From the IMG/VR virus record IMGVR_UViG_3300006620_000015: a stretch of DNA of 64,000 bases. The stretch is one strand, 5' to 3'. Positions 19,524-29,345 of the stretch are shown here, piece after piece. The stretch is from an uncultured virus (IMG/VR IMGVR_UViG_3300006620_000015) (taxonomy: Duplodnaviria > Heunggongvirae > Uroviricota > Caudoviricetes). Below the pieces are notes generated by a model. It did no database searches. It saw only the letters and a list, made by a program, of their open reading frames with translations, and had not been told where the DNA came from. The position numbers were made by a program, and so were the translations under genes. Position 1 is the first letter of the stretch. Every line of letters begins with the position of its first letter.

Positions 19524-19810
19524 AGAATAAGTTTTTTCTTTTCGGGTGTAGCAATTGGCGAATACATTTGCTCATACTGACTAATAATTTGCTGGTCAGG
19601 TTCAGAGATATAAACCACAAACTTAGATTGTACTTCAATCTCAGTGACCTCCTTGCTCAGCATTGGAGACCATGCAACGAAAGTCAGAGTTCCTTGAGAG
19701 GATGGAACACCAACAATAGCGTTCTTCACAGTGATAGTACTGTCAGTGCTATCTACCACTTCAGTAATCAGATCCTCACCAGAGGACATACGAATTAGTT
19801 TTACATTCAT
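19520..19810 (-). CDS. Sm-like-fold hypothetical protein
   Basis: MNVKLIRMSSGEDLITEV...FVAWSP...YEQMYSPIATPEKKKLIL. Confidence 0.85.
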   Translation of the reverse strand: MNVKLIRMSSGEDLITEVVDSTDSTITVKNAIVGVPSSQGTLTFVAWSPMLSKEVTEIEVQSKFVVYISEPDQQIISQYEQMYSPIATPEKKKLIL

Positions 19811-20325
19811 TTAATTTCACTCAAAAATTTTTGAAAGGTATTGGTCTTAGAAAGTTCACAATGATTACCAATGGAACTAGTTTGCAATGGACAGAAAAAA
19901 TCATAGATGCCATCATCAACCATGTTATTGAAAGCATCTAACATATAATCTCTGGCATTAATTATTCTATCATTTTCAAACGGAAAAGCAAATACTAATA
20001 AAAATCCCAAACGATAATTACTGTTTTGCTTTTTTAAATCAATCGCAGAACCCAATGCTTCTTCTACACGAAGATACTTACATTTTTCAATACTCTTTGA
20101 AGTAATGCTTTTGTATTCAAGAGCAGTAACTAGTGAAGGAAAATGCAAGTCCCATTTTTTCCAAGGTCTATATTTGACTGGAATTTTATCCTCAGGAATA
20201 CCCAGGTCATTAGTTTCCAACAGCAACTTGGTGAGAGGTTCAAAATGCTTGTTCTGCCGAATTGCTTGCGTACCTTGCTCGGAACCAACAATGTTCCAAT
20301 ACTCATCTAAGAAATTTAAGTTCAT
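19807..20325 (-). CDS. PaeR7I/XhoI-family type II restriction endonuclease-like protein
   Basis: YRPWKKWDL...ALEYKS...RVEEALGSAIDL...LGFLLV matches the family pattern as I recall it; ATGA overlap with gp44 stop. Confidence 0.7.
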   Translation of the reverse strand: MNLNFLDEYWNIVGSEQGTQAIRQNKHFEPLTKLLLETNDLGIPEDKIPVKYRPWKKWDLHFPSLVTALEYKSITSKSIEKCKYLRVEEALGSAIDLKKQNSNYRLGFLLVFAFPFENDRIINARDYMLDAFNNMVDDGIYDFFCPLQTSSIGNHCELSKTNTFQKFLSEIK

Positions 20326-21263
20326 TTGAACTGACATTCCATCATGATTTCGGTCAAACATGCAAGAAGATTGATCTCCTGATCAGCAGCAAACGCTGCC
20401 TGATACTGATATTTAGCAACTACCAAGACTGCCATAGGAATAGTGGAAGGAACAAGAACATCATACATTGCCTCATAGATGCGATGGATAACCATGTTGA
20501 AATCATTATCCAGATTTGCCACAACCCACTTACGGACAACACCAAACTCTTTGTTCTTCAAAGCATCAGTGAGTCCTTTCAGATTAATATCTGTAATCTC
20601 GGCAAGAATACCAGTATCAATATTACCAGTATTACCATACTTCTGAAGTTGATTCAGAACACGACGCCAATCAGGGAAGTGATTCTGAATCAGTTCCGCA
20701 ACAACCTTAGGATCATACGCAACATTCTCACTCTCAAGTATAGTCCTGACACGGTTGAAGAATTGCCCCGCAATAGCTGCCTTTTCTTTTCCTTTGAATG
20801 CGAAATCAATGACTGAACATCGTGATTGGATGGGGTCAATGATTTTGTTTTTGTAGTTGCAGGTGAAGATGAATCGGCAGTTGCTATGATATGCCTCAAT
20901 AGAACTCCGTAGGAGGAGTTGTACGTCGTTGCCTGTGTTATCTGCCTCATCAATGATGATGACTTTGTGCTTGCTGCCTTGAAGAGAGACGGTCGTCGCA
21001 AAGTTTTTTGCTGTGTTGCGTACCGTGTCCAGAAATCGTCCTTCATCGGATCCATTAATAACAATATAAGAAAGGTTAAGTTCTTCACACAATGCCTTAG
21101 CGGCAGTGGTTTTACCTACACCAGGAGGACCAGCAAGCAGAAGGTTATTCAACTCACCAGCAGCAACCTGTTGCTTTAGATCGCGTTTGATACTGTCAGG
21201 CAGAATACAATCGTCAATCTTACGAGGGCGGTATTTCTCCACCCACAGATACTGGTCATTCAT
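20322..21263 (-). CDS. gp44: Clamp loader large subunit (T4 gp44)
   Basis: LWVEKYRP, GPPGVGKT, IIDEAD, SRC. Confidence 0.97.
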   Translation of the reverse strand: MNDQYLWVEKYRPRKIDDCILPDSIKRDLKQQVAAGELNNLLLAGPPGVGKTTAAKALCEELNLSYIVINGSDEGRFLDTVRNTAKNFATTVSLQGSKHKVIIIDEADNTGNDVQLLLRSSIEAYHSNCRFIFTCNYKNKIIDPIQSRCSVIDFAFKGKEKAAIAGQFFNRVRTILESENVAYDPKVVAELIQNHFPDWRRVLNQLQKYGNTGNIDTGILAEITDINLKGLTDALKNKEFGVVRKWVVANLDNDFNMVIHRIYEAMYDVLVPSTIPMAVLVVAKYQYQAAFAADQEINLLACLTEIMMECQFK

Positions 21264-21277
21264 AATGTAAAAAAGTT

Positions 21278-21943
21278 TCAGTTAGAATCGGGTTCAAGTG
21301 CAATCCAGTAGGTCAGAGGCATCTTCTCATGCTGGAAGCAACTGATCAGGCGCTTGGACATAGTGACCTTATAATCTCCTTTGAAGATCTTCAGGTTCTC
21401 AACCTTCATGTTGAGTACAAACTCATCATCGGTAACACCGACATTTACGGAGTAAGTATTTGAAGTGTCGTTCTCCTTATCACGAACAACCACAGAGATC
21501 ATCTCACCATCACCAACAACAGAAAGATCAGGGAGATTGTTGACTGCTGCCATACGAATCAAACGAGCACGGTCATCATCAGTCAAAGTAAAACTCACAT
21601 CTTCAGAAGGAAGTGTGGGATTGTCATCTGGTGCTTTCTTAATCAGACTAGGGTCTGCAAAGAAATACTTCATGGAAGAACGTGTGTCAGTAATCTTCAC
21701 ATGATGGTCAGCACCGAACTGCATGTCAGCACCCACCATCAGGGACATATTACCAAGAAACTCACTCAAATCATAGATGGCAAAGTCTTGTGGAAATGCT
21801 TCCGTAACATTTGCCTCAGCGAGAATGTTCTCTGCAATAGAGAAGGTACGCAATTTATGTCCTGCCTCTACAGCAATGGACTGATTAATCTGAGAGAAGT
21901 TCTTCAGAATTTCAATTGTATCGTTGGACAGTTTCATACTCAT
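21278..21943 (-). CDS. gp45: Sliding clamp (T4 gp45)
   Basis: ILKNFSQIN, FAIYDL, YWIALE. Confidence 0.95.
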   Translation of the reverse strand: MSMKLSNDTIEILKNFSQINQSIAVEAGHKLRTFSIAENILAEANVTEAFPQDFAIYDLSEFLGNMSLMVGADMQFGADHHVKITDTRSSMKYFFADPSLIKKAPDDNPTLPSEDVSFTLTDDDRARLIRMAAVNNLPDLSVVGDGEMISVVVRDKENDTSNTYSVNVGVTDDEFVLNMKVENLKIFKGDYKVTMSKRLISCFQHEKMPLTYWIALEPDSN

Positions 21944-22302
21944 TGGGGATAATCACTTTTGCTATTGAGGACGCCAGAGAAATGGCAAAGAAGAATGCAA
22001 TAATGAATTGCTTTTAGAATGTCCATCTTGGACTTACCACCTTTCTTACCGAATCGGGAAAGGTATTTAATTGCATTAGAACGGCAGAATGCTTCTGCGT
22101 CACCAATACTTTCAATTAGATCAAGAGTCTGAGTTTTAGAATCTTGAGAAGTATAGTGAGAACTATACGTTCCCGACAGATACTCACGAACTTCTTTCAG
22201 TACTTTATCTTCTTCATACTTCCAGAAGTAGTTTGCTTCCAAATTAATTTGCGGGATGCTTGAAAGGTCTAGATCAAAGTCTGCGTTACCCTCAGTCGCC
22301 AT
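21940..22302 (-). CDS. DUF3310-like protein
   Basis: HY...FCRSNAIKYLSRFGKK...DILKAIHY. Confidence 0.8.
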   Translation of the reverse strand: MATEGNADFDLDLSSIPQINLEANYFWKYEEDKVLKEVREYLSGTYSSHYTSQDSKTQTLDLIESIGDAEAFCRSNAIKYLSRFGKKGGKSKMDILKAIHYCILLCHFSGVLNSKSDYPQ

Positions 22303-24019
22303 TGGTCAATTCCTCCATTTTACTAAAATTTTTCACTTTATCAAATTTGAGAACACGGTCAAACTTTTCAACCATGTGCTCTCGGTGCGAGATAATAAAC
22401 AGATTGAGGTCGTTGGTAAAGTTTCTCAAGATATATGATAACTCATCAGTGCCCGTACTGTCAAGTGAACTGTCAAAGATCTCGTCAAGGATAAGGAGGT
22501 TGGTGTCAACGCTGTTCTTCAGTTTTGCAACTGACCTCCAGGTTAGCATAAGAGCGATGTCAATGCGAGACTTCTCACCCTCAGAGAATGATGAGTAACT
22601 GAAATCATCTCTATAACGAGACTTAATGGTTTCCTCAAAACTCTCACTCAGCGTGAAGTTCACAAAGAAATCCATCTGCTGCAGGTACTGGTTGATGAGT
22701 TTGTTCATCACTGGCAGGTATCGTTTGATAATCCTGGTCTTGATACCAGTGTCCTTCAGCAGGTTAGCAGCAACACTGAAGTAATCTTTGTTCTCCTTGT
22801 GTAAGAACAATACTTGTTCATGCTTTACTTTTTGCTCTTGTAGTTCACTTAACTGCTCCTGTTCTTTACTAGAGTTGTTCTTACTGTCAATGATAGACCC
22901 GATCTCATTCTCAAGATCTTTAATCTGACGATTGATATGATTAATGATTCCATTGTTCTTATCAATGGCAGAATAATTATCTCTGATATCATTAGAGATT
23001 TCTTTATACTCATTAATCTGTGTCTTTACATCACTAATCTGTTCGTCAAGAACGCTCCATGCTTTTTCTGTTTCAGTGATAGACTTCTTATTTTTATTTA
23101 CCTTAGTTTGCTTAAAGTCAGAGTCTAGTGTTTGCTTACATGTGGGACAAGTATCATTGTTAGTATAAAATAAGAGTTCTTTATTTAAGTTAGAAAGTTT
23201 TGTCTTAAACTTTATCTTAAACTCTTTTAAACTATCATACTTTTTAGAGAGTTTATCACCGTCAAATAAATCACTCTTTCTAGTTTCAATATACTCTGTG
23301 ATTTTGTGATTCTGTAATGTGATATCTTCACTTTGAGATAGTAACTTACCAATCTTATCGCGCTTATGCTTAATAAGATTGTCACTCTGTGTTTCGAGTT
23401 CTCTAATCAGATCTTCCTGCGACTCAATGCGATGCTTTACCAACTCAAGATCTTTGTCTTTGAAACGAATGTCATCATTGACCTGTTTCATTCGGTCCTT
23501 AAGATTAGAGTTCATCGTAGAGAACACCTGAATATCCAGAAGATCCTCGATGATGTCACGACGTGATGCCAGAGGCAACTGCATAAAGGGAACGAACGTA
23601 GAAGATCCCAGAACAACAATCTGCGTAAATGACTTATAGTTCAGTTTGAGAATTGTTTGCTCTATGAACTTCTGTTGATCTGCTGCTGCAGCATCTTGAT
23701 TCATCATCTCACCGTCAACATAAACCTCAAACTTATTAGGTTTCATGCTACGAATAATCTTATAAGATTTTTTCCCGACAGAAAACTCAACCTCAACACA
23801 GCAATCTTTGCCATTGATGGTATTGACAAGTTGAGGTTTGTTGATCTTACGAAAAGGTTTGTTAAACAGAACAAAAGTAAGAGCATCTAAAATTGTACTC
23901 TTACCTGCACCATTCTTACCAATGATTACATTGTTACCATGTGAATTAAGTTTAATTTCTGTAAAATTATTGCCACTAGATAAAAAGTTTTTATAACGAA
24001 TGGTTTCAAAGATAATCAT
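22292..24019 (-). CDS. gp46: Recombination endonuclease ATPase subunit (T4 gp46, Rad50-like)
   Basis: GKNGAGKS, CPTC zinc hook, FSEGE signature, ILDE, ISH. Confidence 0.97.
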   Translation of the reverse strand: MIIFETIRYKNFLSSGNNFTEIKLNSHGNNVIIGKNGAGKSTILDALTFVLFNKPFRKINKPQLVNTINGKDCCVEVEFSVGKKSYKIIRSMKPNKFEVYVDGEMMNQDAAAADQQKFIEQTILKLNYKSFTQIVVLGSSTFVPFMQLPLASRRDIIEDLLDIQVFSTMNSNLKDRMKQVNDDIRFKDKDLELVKHRIESQEDLIRELETQSDNLIKHKRDKIGKLLSQSEDITLQNHKITEYIETRKSDLFDGDKLSKKYDSLKEFKIKFKTKLSNLNKELLFYTNNDTCPTCKQTLDSDFKQTKVNKNKKSITETEKAWSVLDEQISDVKTQINEYKEISNDIRDNYSAIDKNNGIINHINRQIKDLENEIGSIIDSKNNSSKEQEQLSELQEQKVKHEQVLFLHKENKDYFSVAANLLKDTGIKTRIIKRYLPVMNKLINQYLQQMDFFVNFTLSESFEETIKSRYRDDFSYSSFSEGEKSRIDIALMLTWRSVAKLKNSVDTNLLILDEIFDSSLDSTGTDELSYILRNFTNDLNLFIISHREHMVEKFDRVLKFDKVKNFSKMEELTNGD

Positions 24020-24025
24020 GTGTAA

Positions 24026-24286
24026 TCATGTGTGTGATGGTGGGATCATTAGTTCATCGGGTTCTACAATAGTGTAATTATACCCTGTGCTCTCGCACAT
24101 TTCAATCATTGACTCACTGTCAACCTCAACGGTAGTCATTGGTGGAAAGTCATCTGCCTCAAGGAGTCCAGCAAATCGTTGAGCATCCTCTAACTCAAGA
24201 AATAATAGCAGAGTTCTGTTATTTTCAGGGTCCTGAATTGCATATGCTCCTTCATTCTCCTTCCCATTTAAGCACAGTATGAACAT
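24026..24286 (-). CDS. DUF3110-like protein
   Basis: LF.E.EDA.RFAGLLEA.DFP motif of the cyanobacterial DUF3110 family. Confidence 0.8.
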   Translation of the reverse strand: MFILCLNGKENEGAYAIQDPENNRTLLLFLELEDAQRFAGLLEADDFPPMTTVEVDSESMIEMCESTGYNYTIVEPDELMIPPSHT

Positions 24287-25332
24287 TATACCACCTCTAG
24301 TGCCTCGACGTAAAGAGACTTCATAATCTCCTTTAACTTATGACTATCTAGATTGGTATTAAGTTCGTCAACATACTTCTCCAAAATAGTAAGAGTGTCT
24401 TCATGTTCTAATTCCATATCAACATCCTCATCATTCTCTGTAGAGAAGTCCTCAATGATCTTAAGATCCAACACAACATCTTGAAGACTATTGACAATGT
24501 AATCGAACATAGTGTAGTCTGTTTTGTTTTCTACAACTAGTTTTACAACCGTATCTTTATAGTCATCGAAGTCTAGAGTGCAATACTCATTCTTAGTATC
24601 ATCATAAAAGATCTTATGGAACATCTTATATGGATTCTTGATCCAGTCTAACTTCAGAGTTTCAGTGTCCCAGATATGGAATCCACGCTCGTCTCCATAA
24701 TCATTCCAATACATCTGATATGGATTACCAAGATATTGGAAGTTACTCTTCTTACTCTTCGTATGATAGTGACCTGACATCACCAACTCAAACTTAGCAA
24801 ACTCAGATGTCTGCCTACCATGATTAGCAACGTAGGTAGGATTAGTCTTGAATCCTTCCATCTCCAGGTGTCCCAGAACAACCTCAGAGTCTGTTCCCTT
24901 CAGAAGGTTTACTGTTTGTTCTTCATTCTGATCGCAGATCCAAGGAAGATAAACCATCTTACGACCACCAACAGTAACCTCAGAGGGTCCAGTGTAGACA
25001 CGGAGGTTAGCATATTCCTGCAGCAAACACTCCAAAGAATTGATCTCCAGAGTGTTCTTATAAAATGAATCGTGATTACCGACCATCATGTCAACTGTAA
25101 CACCCATGTCCTGCAAAGGAGTGAAGATGTTCTTCCGTGCCCAGTCAAGACTCCAAAAGTCAATGTTACGACGAATATCAAACACATCGCCCAAGTGGAT
25201 GACGTGCTTAATTTTCTTCTTCTTTAATGTGGGGAAGAATACTTCGTTGTAGAACTTCAGGAAATAATCATGATAATCTTGATTGCCTTTTTTGAATCCA
25301 TAATGTGTGTCAGTAATCAGGGCAACTTTCAT
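24286..25332 (-). CDS. gp47: Recombination endonuclease nuclease subunit (T4 gp47, Mre11-like)
   Basis: TDTHYG, HLGDVFD, GNHD, GHLE, SGHYH. Confidence 0.97.
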   Translation of the reverse strand: MKVALITDTHYGFKKGNQDYHDYFLKFYNEVFFPTLKKKKIKHVIHLGDVFDIRRNIDFWSLDWARKNIFTPLQDMGVTVDMMVGNHDSFYKNTLEINSLECLLQEYANLRVYTGPSEVTVGGRKMVYLPWICDQNEEQTVNLLKGTDSEVVLGHLEMEGFKTNPTYVANHGRQTSEFAKFELVMSGHYHTKSKKSNFQYLGNPYQMYWNDYGDERGFHIWDTETLKLDWIKNPYKMFHKIFYDDTKNEYCTLDFDDYKDTVVKLVVENKTDYTMFDYIVNSLQDVVLDLKIIEDFSTENDEDVDMELEHEDTLTILEKYVDELNTNLDSHKLKEIMKSLYVEALEVV

Positions 25333-25805
25333 TTTCTAGTCTTCTGCTCAATGTTTTGTTTAATACTGTTATAGTCGGAGGAGGAGAAGTTCAGTTCATT
25401 CTTGTCAGCGTAAAGGACTTCATCATACCCAGAACGTTCAAGAATTTTGCTCTTAATTTCTAGTTGCTTCTTTTCTTTTTGGATTCTTCTCAGGAATGCA
25501 TAGTAAATGATCTGAGTGAAGTATGCAAATGGGTTGCCACGATCAGGATCAAAGTTGTCAATGTACTGAACACAGTTTTCAATACCATCACTGATCATGT
25601 CCTCACGAAAAGGATAGTTGATGAAGTTAGGACGGTAGGATAGATGCTGTGCGATCTTCAAGAAGCACTCACCGATATAATTAGGTATTCTAGGACGAGG
25701 TGCTTCTTCTGTCAAGGCATCTTGCACACTTTTTTTGTACTCAGACAGTGCTGCTAGAAACTCTTTATTGTCTACATAATGCTCTGGTTTCTTTTTGGAT
25801 CTCAT
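25329..25805 (-). CDS. gp55: Late sigma factor (T4 gp55)
   Basis: HYVDNKEF, IGECFLKIA, PNFINY, NPFAYFTQI, RIQKEKKQ. Confidence 0.97.
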   Translation of the reverse strand: MRSKKKPEHYVDNKEFLAALSEYKKSVQDALTEEAPRPRIPNYIGECFLKIAQHLSYRPNFINYPFREDMISDGIENCVQYIDNFDPDRGNPFAYFTQIIYYAFLRRIQKEKKQLEIKSKILERSGYDEVLYADKNELNFSSSDYNSIKQNIEQKTRK

Positions 25806-25838
25806 TTTGATTCATCTTCCTGGGATAATTGTACTTAT

Positions 25839-25847
25839 ATTATAACA
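25839..25847 (-). promoter_or_regulatory. Extended -10 promoter upstream of gp55
   Basis: TGTTATAAT; a TTGACA lies only 14 nt upstream (non-canonical spacing). Confidence 0.5.
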
Positions 25848-25849
25848 TA

Positions 25850-26395
25850 TTATTTAAATGTCAATCCCTTTACATGACACTTTATATTTCCTGATATAGT
25901 AGATCCAACATTTCCATTCAGAACTTGATGTGGTAACCAGGAAGGAAATAAAATCATTTTTCCTGATTCCAAATTGGGTACATACTTTACTGGAAAATCC
26001 TTAGAATCAGGCATATGACACTGATTTAATATATCAGACATGTTTGGATTTATAAATTCTGTCTTAGAAATCTCAACATCTTCATAGATGATAAAACTCC
26101 AATTAGTTACAGAGTGTGTATGATACCCCTGAAAATCTGACTGCTCATATTTATTTCTCCAGATCTGACAAAATTCTATTGCATCAATTTTATCATGCAA
26201 TTCACTGAAACACTCAGTCATCTTATCAATAAGATATTTAAGTGTTTCCTTGGATGGTTGAACACAAGAATCAATATTAGATTTTACTTTACTTTCCCAC
26301 ATGCGCTTATACAAACCATCAGGAACATCAATCCTATTCAAATCAATATCGATTTCAAATATTGGAATTTCAAAAATAGATTTTTTTCTTTTCAT
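25850..26395 (-). CDS. Putative 2OG-Fe(II) oxygenase (TIGR02466-like)
   Basis: WRNKY...QGYHTH, LFPSWLPHQV, TISGNI; likely start MKRKKSIF. Confidence 0.78.
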   Translation of the reverse strand: MKRKKSIFEIPIFEIDIDLNRIDVPDGLYKRMWESKVKSNIDSCVQPSKETLKYLIDKMTECFSELHDKIDAIEFCQIWRNKYEQSDFQGYHTHSVTNWSFIIYEDVEISKTEFINPNMSDILNQCHMPDSKDFPVKYVPNLESGKMILFPSWLPHQVLNGNVGSTISGNIKCHVKGLTFK

Positions 26396-26398
26396 GGC

Positions 26399-26427
26399 TT
26401 GACAAGGTTTAGTTTTATCAGTAGAAT
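26399..26427 (+). promoter_or_regulatory. Near-consensus sigma70 promoter, antisense to the operon
   Basis: TTGACA (26399-26404), 17 nt, TAGAAT (26422-26427). Confidence 0.65.
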
Positions 26428-26459
26428 AACTCTGTAAGGGTTCAAGAGAGACAATAGCT

Positions 26460-26876
26460 TTAATAATTATTAAAAAGTTCTTCAAAGAAGATTCTTGCTT
26501 GATCTACAGATGCTCTGTATCCTTTGTATTTTTTCTTGTTTGCTCTCCTACTTATTTCGGAGAGTTTTTCTTTAGCAGTTTCATTAATTTGAACAACTGC
26601 TTTTTTATAATGAGTTAGTCCTGGTTCTAATAGTTCGTTAACTGTTACTATTTTAGCATCAGTTATAAAGAAGATATTGTCTGTTGATGATTTAATCCAT
26701 TTAGATAATCTTAATCCAGATATTTTAATATTGTCGCCTAACAGATCGTGTAAATCACTCATGTCCTCTAATATTAATGGGTCCTGTATTAGTAACCCTT
26801 GTTCATGGACTTCAACTAAACCAACAATTTCTTCTCCAGTCATTAATTTTATTGTGCCGAAGAATTTATCGTTCAT
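26460..26876 (-). CDS. Sm-like-fold hypothetical protein downstream of uvsW
   Basis: FFGTIKLMTGEEIVG...DP...KWI...Y; conserved position. Confidence 0.82.
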   Translation of the reverse strand: MNDKFFGTIKLMTGEEIVGLVEVHEQGLLIQDPLILEDMSDLHDLLGDNIKISGLRLSKWIKSSTDNIFFITDAKIVTVNELLEPGLTHYKKAVVQINETAKEKLSEISRRANKKKYKGYRASVDQARIFFEELFNNY

Positions 26877-28345
26877 TTTTTGATGTTTACTGGGATAATT
26901 TCATAATTAAATTGCTCTTCGTTGTAAACTTTGATTCGTTCTTTGAGGTGATTAAGTGTGTAGTTAATATAACTTCCCCTAGAAAAATCATCAGCAATGT
27001 CATATAGCACTGCTTGAGCCTTGTTATCTCCCTTCCGAAGGACCCTACCAATAGATTGTAGATTCCTGATCCTTGACTTACTGGGTGAAGCAAAGATAAT
27101 ATTGTGGAGATTTTTAATGTTGATACCTGTGGAAAAGGTTCCGTAGGAAGCAATGATAACGCAGTTATCATTTACCTCTGCTAATTTTCTTATCTCTTCT
27201 CGTTCAGATGCTGCTACACCGCCATGAACAAAGAATACCTTTTTGGTATCACCGATATTTTTATTTATCATATCAAAAAGTGGTTCCCCATGCTTCTCCA
27301 CATAATTGAATAGAACTAGAGTGTTACCACTTAAATCACGAACAAGATTTTTAATGAACACATTGCGTTTGTCATGCGTCACAATGTATTCCATCTCATC
27401 TTGATATGTCGCAAACTTACACGATTCGTGTCTGAGAGCAAGAATTTTAATTTTGAGTTGCGAGAGTTGATCTCGCTTCATAAGATCAGCAGTGCTAGTA
27501 ACCCTATCAGATAATCCGAACAAACCTTCAAGAACCAAACGGTGAGTTTTCGTTCCGTCCAGTGTACCTGTGAATCCGATGCGATATTTTGCTTCATGGA
27601 GTTTCGTCATAATACTTGTTAAAGACTTTGCCTTAAACGTATGGCACTCGTCTCCGATCACCGCAGTGTAAGAATCAAAATACTTCTTAGGCAGTTTGTA
27701 GATTGACTGCCAGGTTGTGATGACTACAGGAGCATCAGAGACCTTTGCTTCACCTTGATAGATCTGGTGACAATAGTCTTCTGCGTTCCAACCATAGTCT
27801 TGGAAATCTTTAAACAACTGTGTCACTAGTGAAATACTAGGAACAATGATCAGTGTTTTAAGTTGTGCAGCAGTAAAGTATCTGACCAGAGAATAGATCA
27901 TGAAAGATTTGCCAGACCCTGTAGGTGACAAGATAATCTTTCTGTAGTTCTTCAGTGCTTTGTATACGGCATTGTACTGATAATCTCTGGGTTTAATTTG
28001 ACTACCCTCAGTAAGGTAGTCCAGATATTCTTTTACAGTCGCTGGCAAAATGTAAGGATCTTTTTCCACAACCTTGCCATAGAACTCATTCTCCTCATAA
28101 GAATAAGTATAGTCTCGTTCCTCCGCCCACTCAATCAGATAGTGCAGCAGACCGATGTACAGTTCACCATTAGCAGGAGAGAACAATCTGATTTTACCGT
28201 CCCAGAACTTCTTCTTGTACTGGGGCATAAACTTTGCATCAGGTACTTCAAAAGTAAAGTACTCTGATAGTTCATATTTGATATGTGGTTCACAATCAAT
28301 TAGTAGATATACTTCGTTCTTCTTTCTAATGATAATGTCAGACAT
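26873..28345 (-). CDS. uvsW: UvsW helicase
   Basis: PRDYQ, SPTGSGKS, GDECH, TGTL, STGIN, LQSIGRVLR. Confidence 0.97.
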   Translation of the reverse strand: MSDIIIRKKNEVYLLIDCEPHIKYELSEYFTFEVPDAKFMPQYKKKFWDGKIRLFSPANGELYIGLLHYLIEWAEERDYTYSYEENEFYGKVVEKDPYILPATVKEYLDYLTEGSQIKPRDYQYNAVYKALKNYRKIILSPTGSGKSFMIYSLVRYFTAAQLKTLIIVPSISLVTQLFKDFQDYGWNAEDYCHQIYQGEAKVSDAPVVITTWQSIYKLPKKYFDSYTAVIGDECHTFKAKSLTSIMTKLHEAKYRIGFTGTLDGTKTHRLVLEGLFGLSDRVTSTADLMKRDQLSQLKIKILALRHESCKFATYQDEMEYIVTHDKRNVFIKNLVRDLSGNTLVLFNYVEKHGEPLFDMINKNIGDTKKVFFVHGGVAASEREEIRKLAEVNDNCVIIASYGTFSTGINIKNLHNIIFASPSKSRIRNLQSIGRVLRKGDNKAQAVLYDIADDFSRGSYINYTLNHLKERIKVYNEEQFNYEIIPVNIKK

Positions 28346-28773
28346 TACTTAATTCCTTCAATAAATGATTTCCATTCAATCGCATTCTTGATCTGGTATG
28401 AGCGATTGTTGATCATCCTGATTACACTTTCCAGGTATTCAATGATGATTTCATACATATCAATCTTTATCTGCAGTTCTTTAACCTGAGAGTCAGACTC
28501 AATATACATTGGCAGATCTGATTTAAGAACCTTGAGATCAAACGGTTCTTCCTTGTATTCTTCTACAGATCCTCGTCCCGCATAGTATTCAAACTTGCGT
28601 CTGTTGAGTTGTTTGAGGTCTAGTACTGCTAGTTTCCTTTTAAATTTGTAGTCCGAAAAGATTTTTAAATATTTTGAGTGTAGTGTGGGAATGCTAAGTG
28701 CAGCGGTATCAAGTTCAACAGGATCAATCTTTGAATCCTGTTCCCACATCGCCTGAATCTCTTCAAATGTCAT
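28345..28773 (-). CDS. uvsY: UvsY recombination mediator
   Basis: W..D..ID, LHSKY, YY.G, IKNAIEW..F. Confidence 0.93.
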   Translation of the reverse strand: MTFEEIQAMWEQDSKIDPVELDTAALSIPTLHSKYLKIFSDYKFKRKLAVLDLKQLNRRKFEYYAGRGSVEEYKEEPFDLKVLKSDLPMYIESDSQVKELQIKIDMYEIIIEYLESVIRMINNRSYQIKNAIEWKSFIEGIK

Positions 28774-29288
28774 TAACTAATCACTTCTCCATCATACTTA
28801 ATTCTATATATGGTATATTTAAAGATGGCAGTTGCGGTAAGGTACTGAACTCCTTGCTCCGTCGCATCAAATGCAACTGGTGTTAATGCAGTAGGCCATG
28901 CATTCTCAAATTCAATTTGAATATTAGAATTAAAGTTACTATTTAAAATTTCTAAGGAAATATCTCCCTCTATTGGATCTTTATCAGTATCAAATCTTTC
29001 TGCAAGACCAGTCTTTGCAATCCACTTATGTATTGACACATAATTTGTCATGTCCTCATCAATTAAAAATTTGACGACAAGATCATCATATTCAGTTTCT
29101 GTCCCTGCAATAGGAATATCTCTGAAGGGAGTTGCAACATTGATATCAGGAATTCTTACACCAGGAATGTTTGCTGCCTGACATAGGAATGCTACTTTAG
29201 GAAATTGTTCAATTGATAATTTAAAACCCTGTGGTGCTAGGTAATTCAGATTATCAATTTTATCTTCCAACCAATTTGCTTGGGTCAT
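28773..29288 (-). CDS. gp3: Tail completion / tube terminator (T4 gp3)
   Basis: NYLAPQGF, FLCQAANIPG, FLIDEDMTNY, F.NAWPT.L; CTAAATA upstream. Confidence 0.9.
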   Translation of the reverse strand: MTQANWLEDKIDNLNYLAPQGFKLSIEQFPKVAFLCQAANIPGVRIPDINVATPFRDIPIAGTETEYDDLVVKFLIDEDMTNYVSIHKWIAKTGLAERFDTDKDPIEGDISLEILNSNFNSNIQIEFENAWPTALTPVAFDATEQGVQYLTATAIFKYTIYRIKYDGEVIS

Positions 29289-29316
29289 CGTTATAATACT
29301 TTTTAGATATTTAGAT

Positions 29317-29339
29317 AAAAAAAGACCCCTTTCGGGGTC
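29317..29339 (-). terminator. Rho-independent terminator
   Basis: GACCCC-GAAA-GGGGTC-T7. Confidence 0.85.
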
Positions 29340-29345
29340 ATGCAA

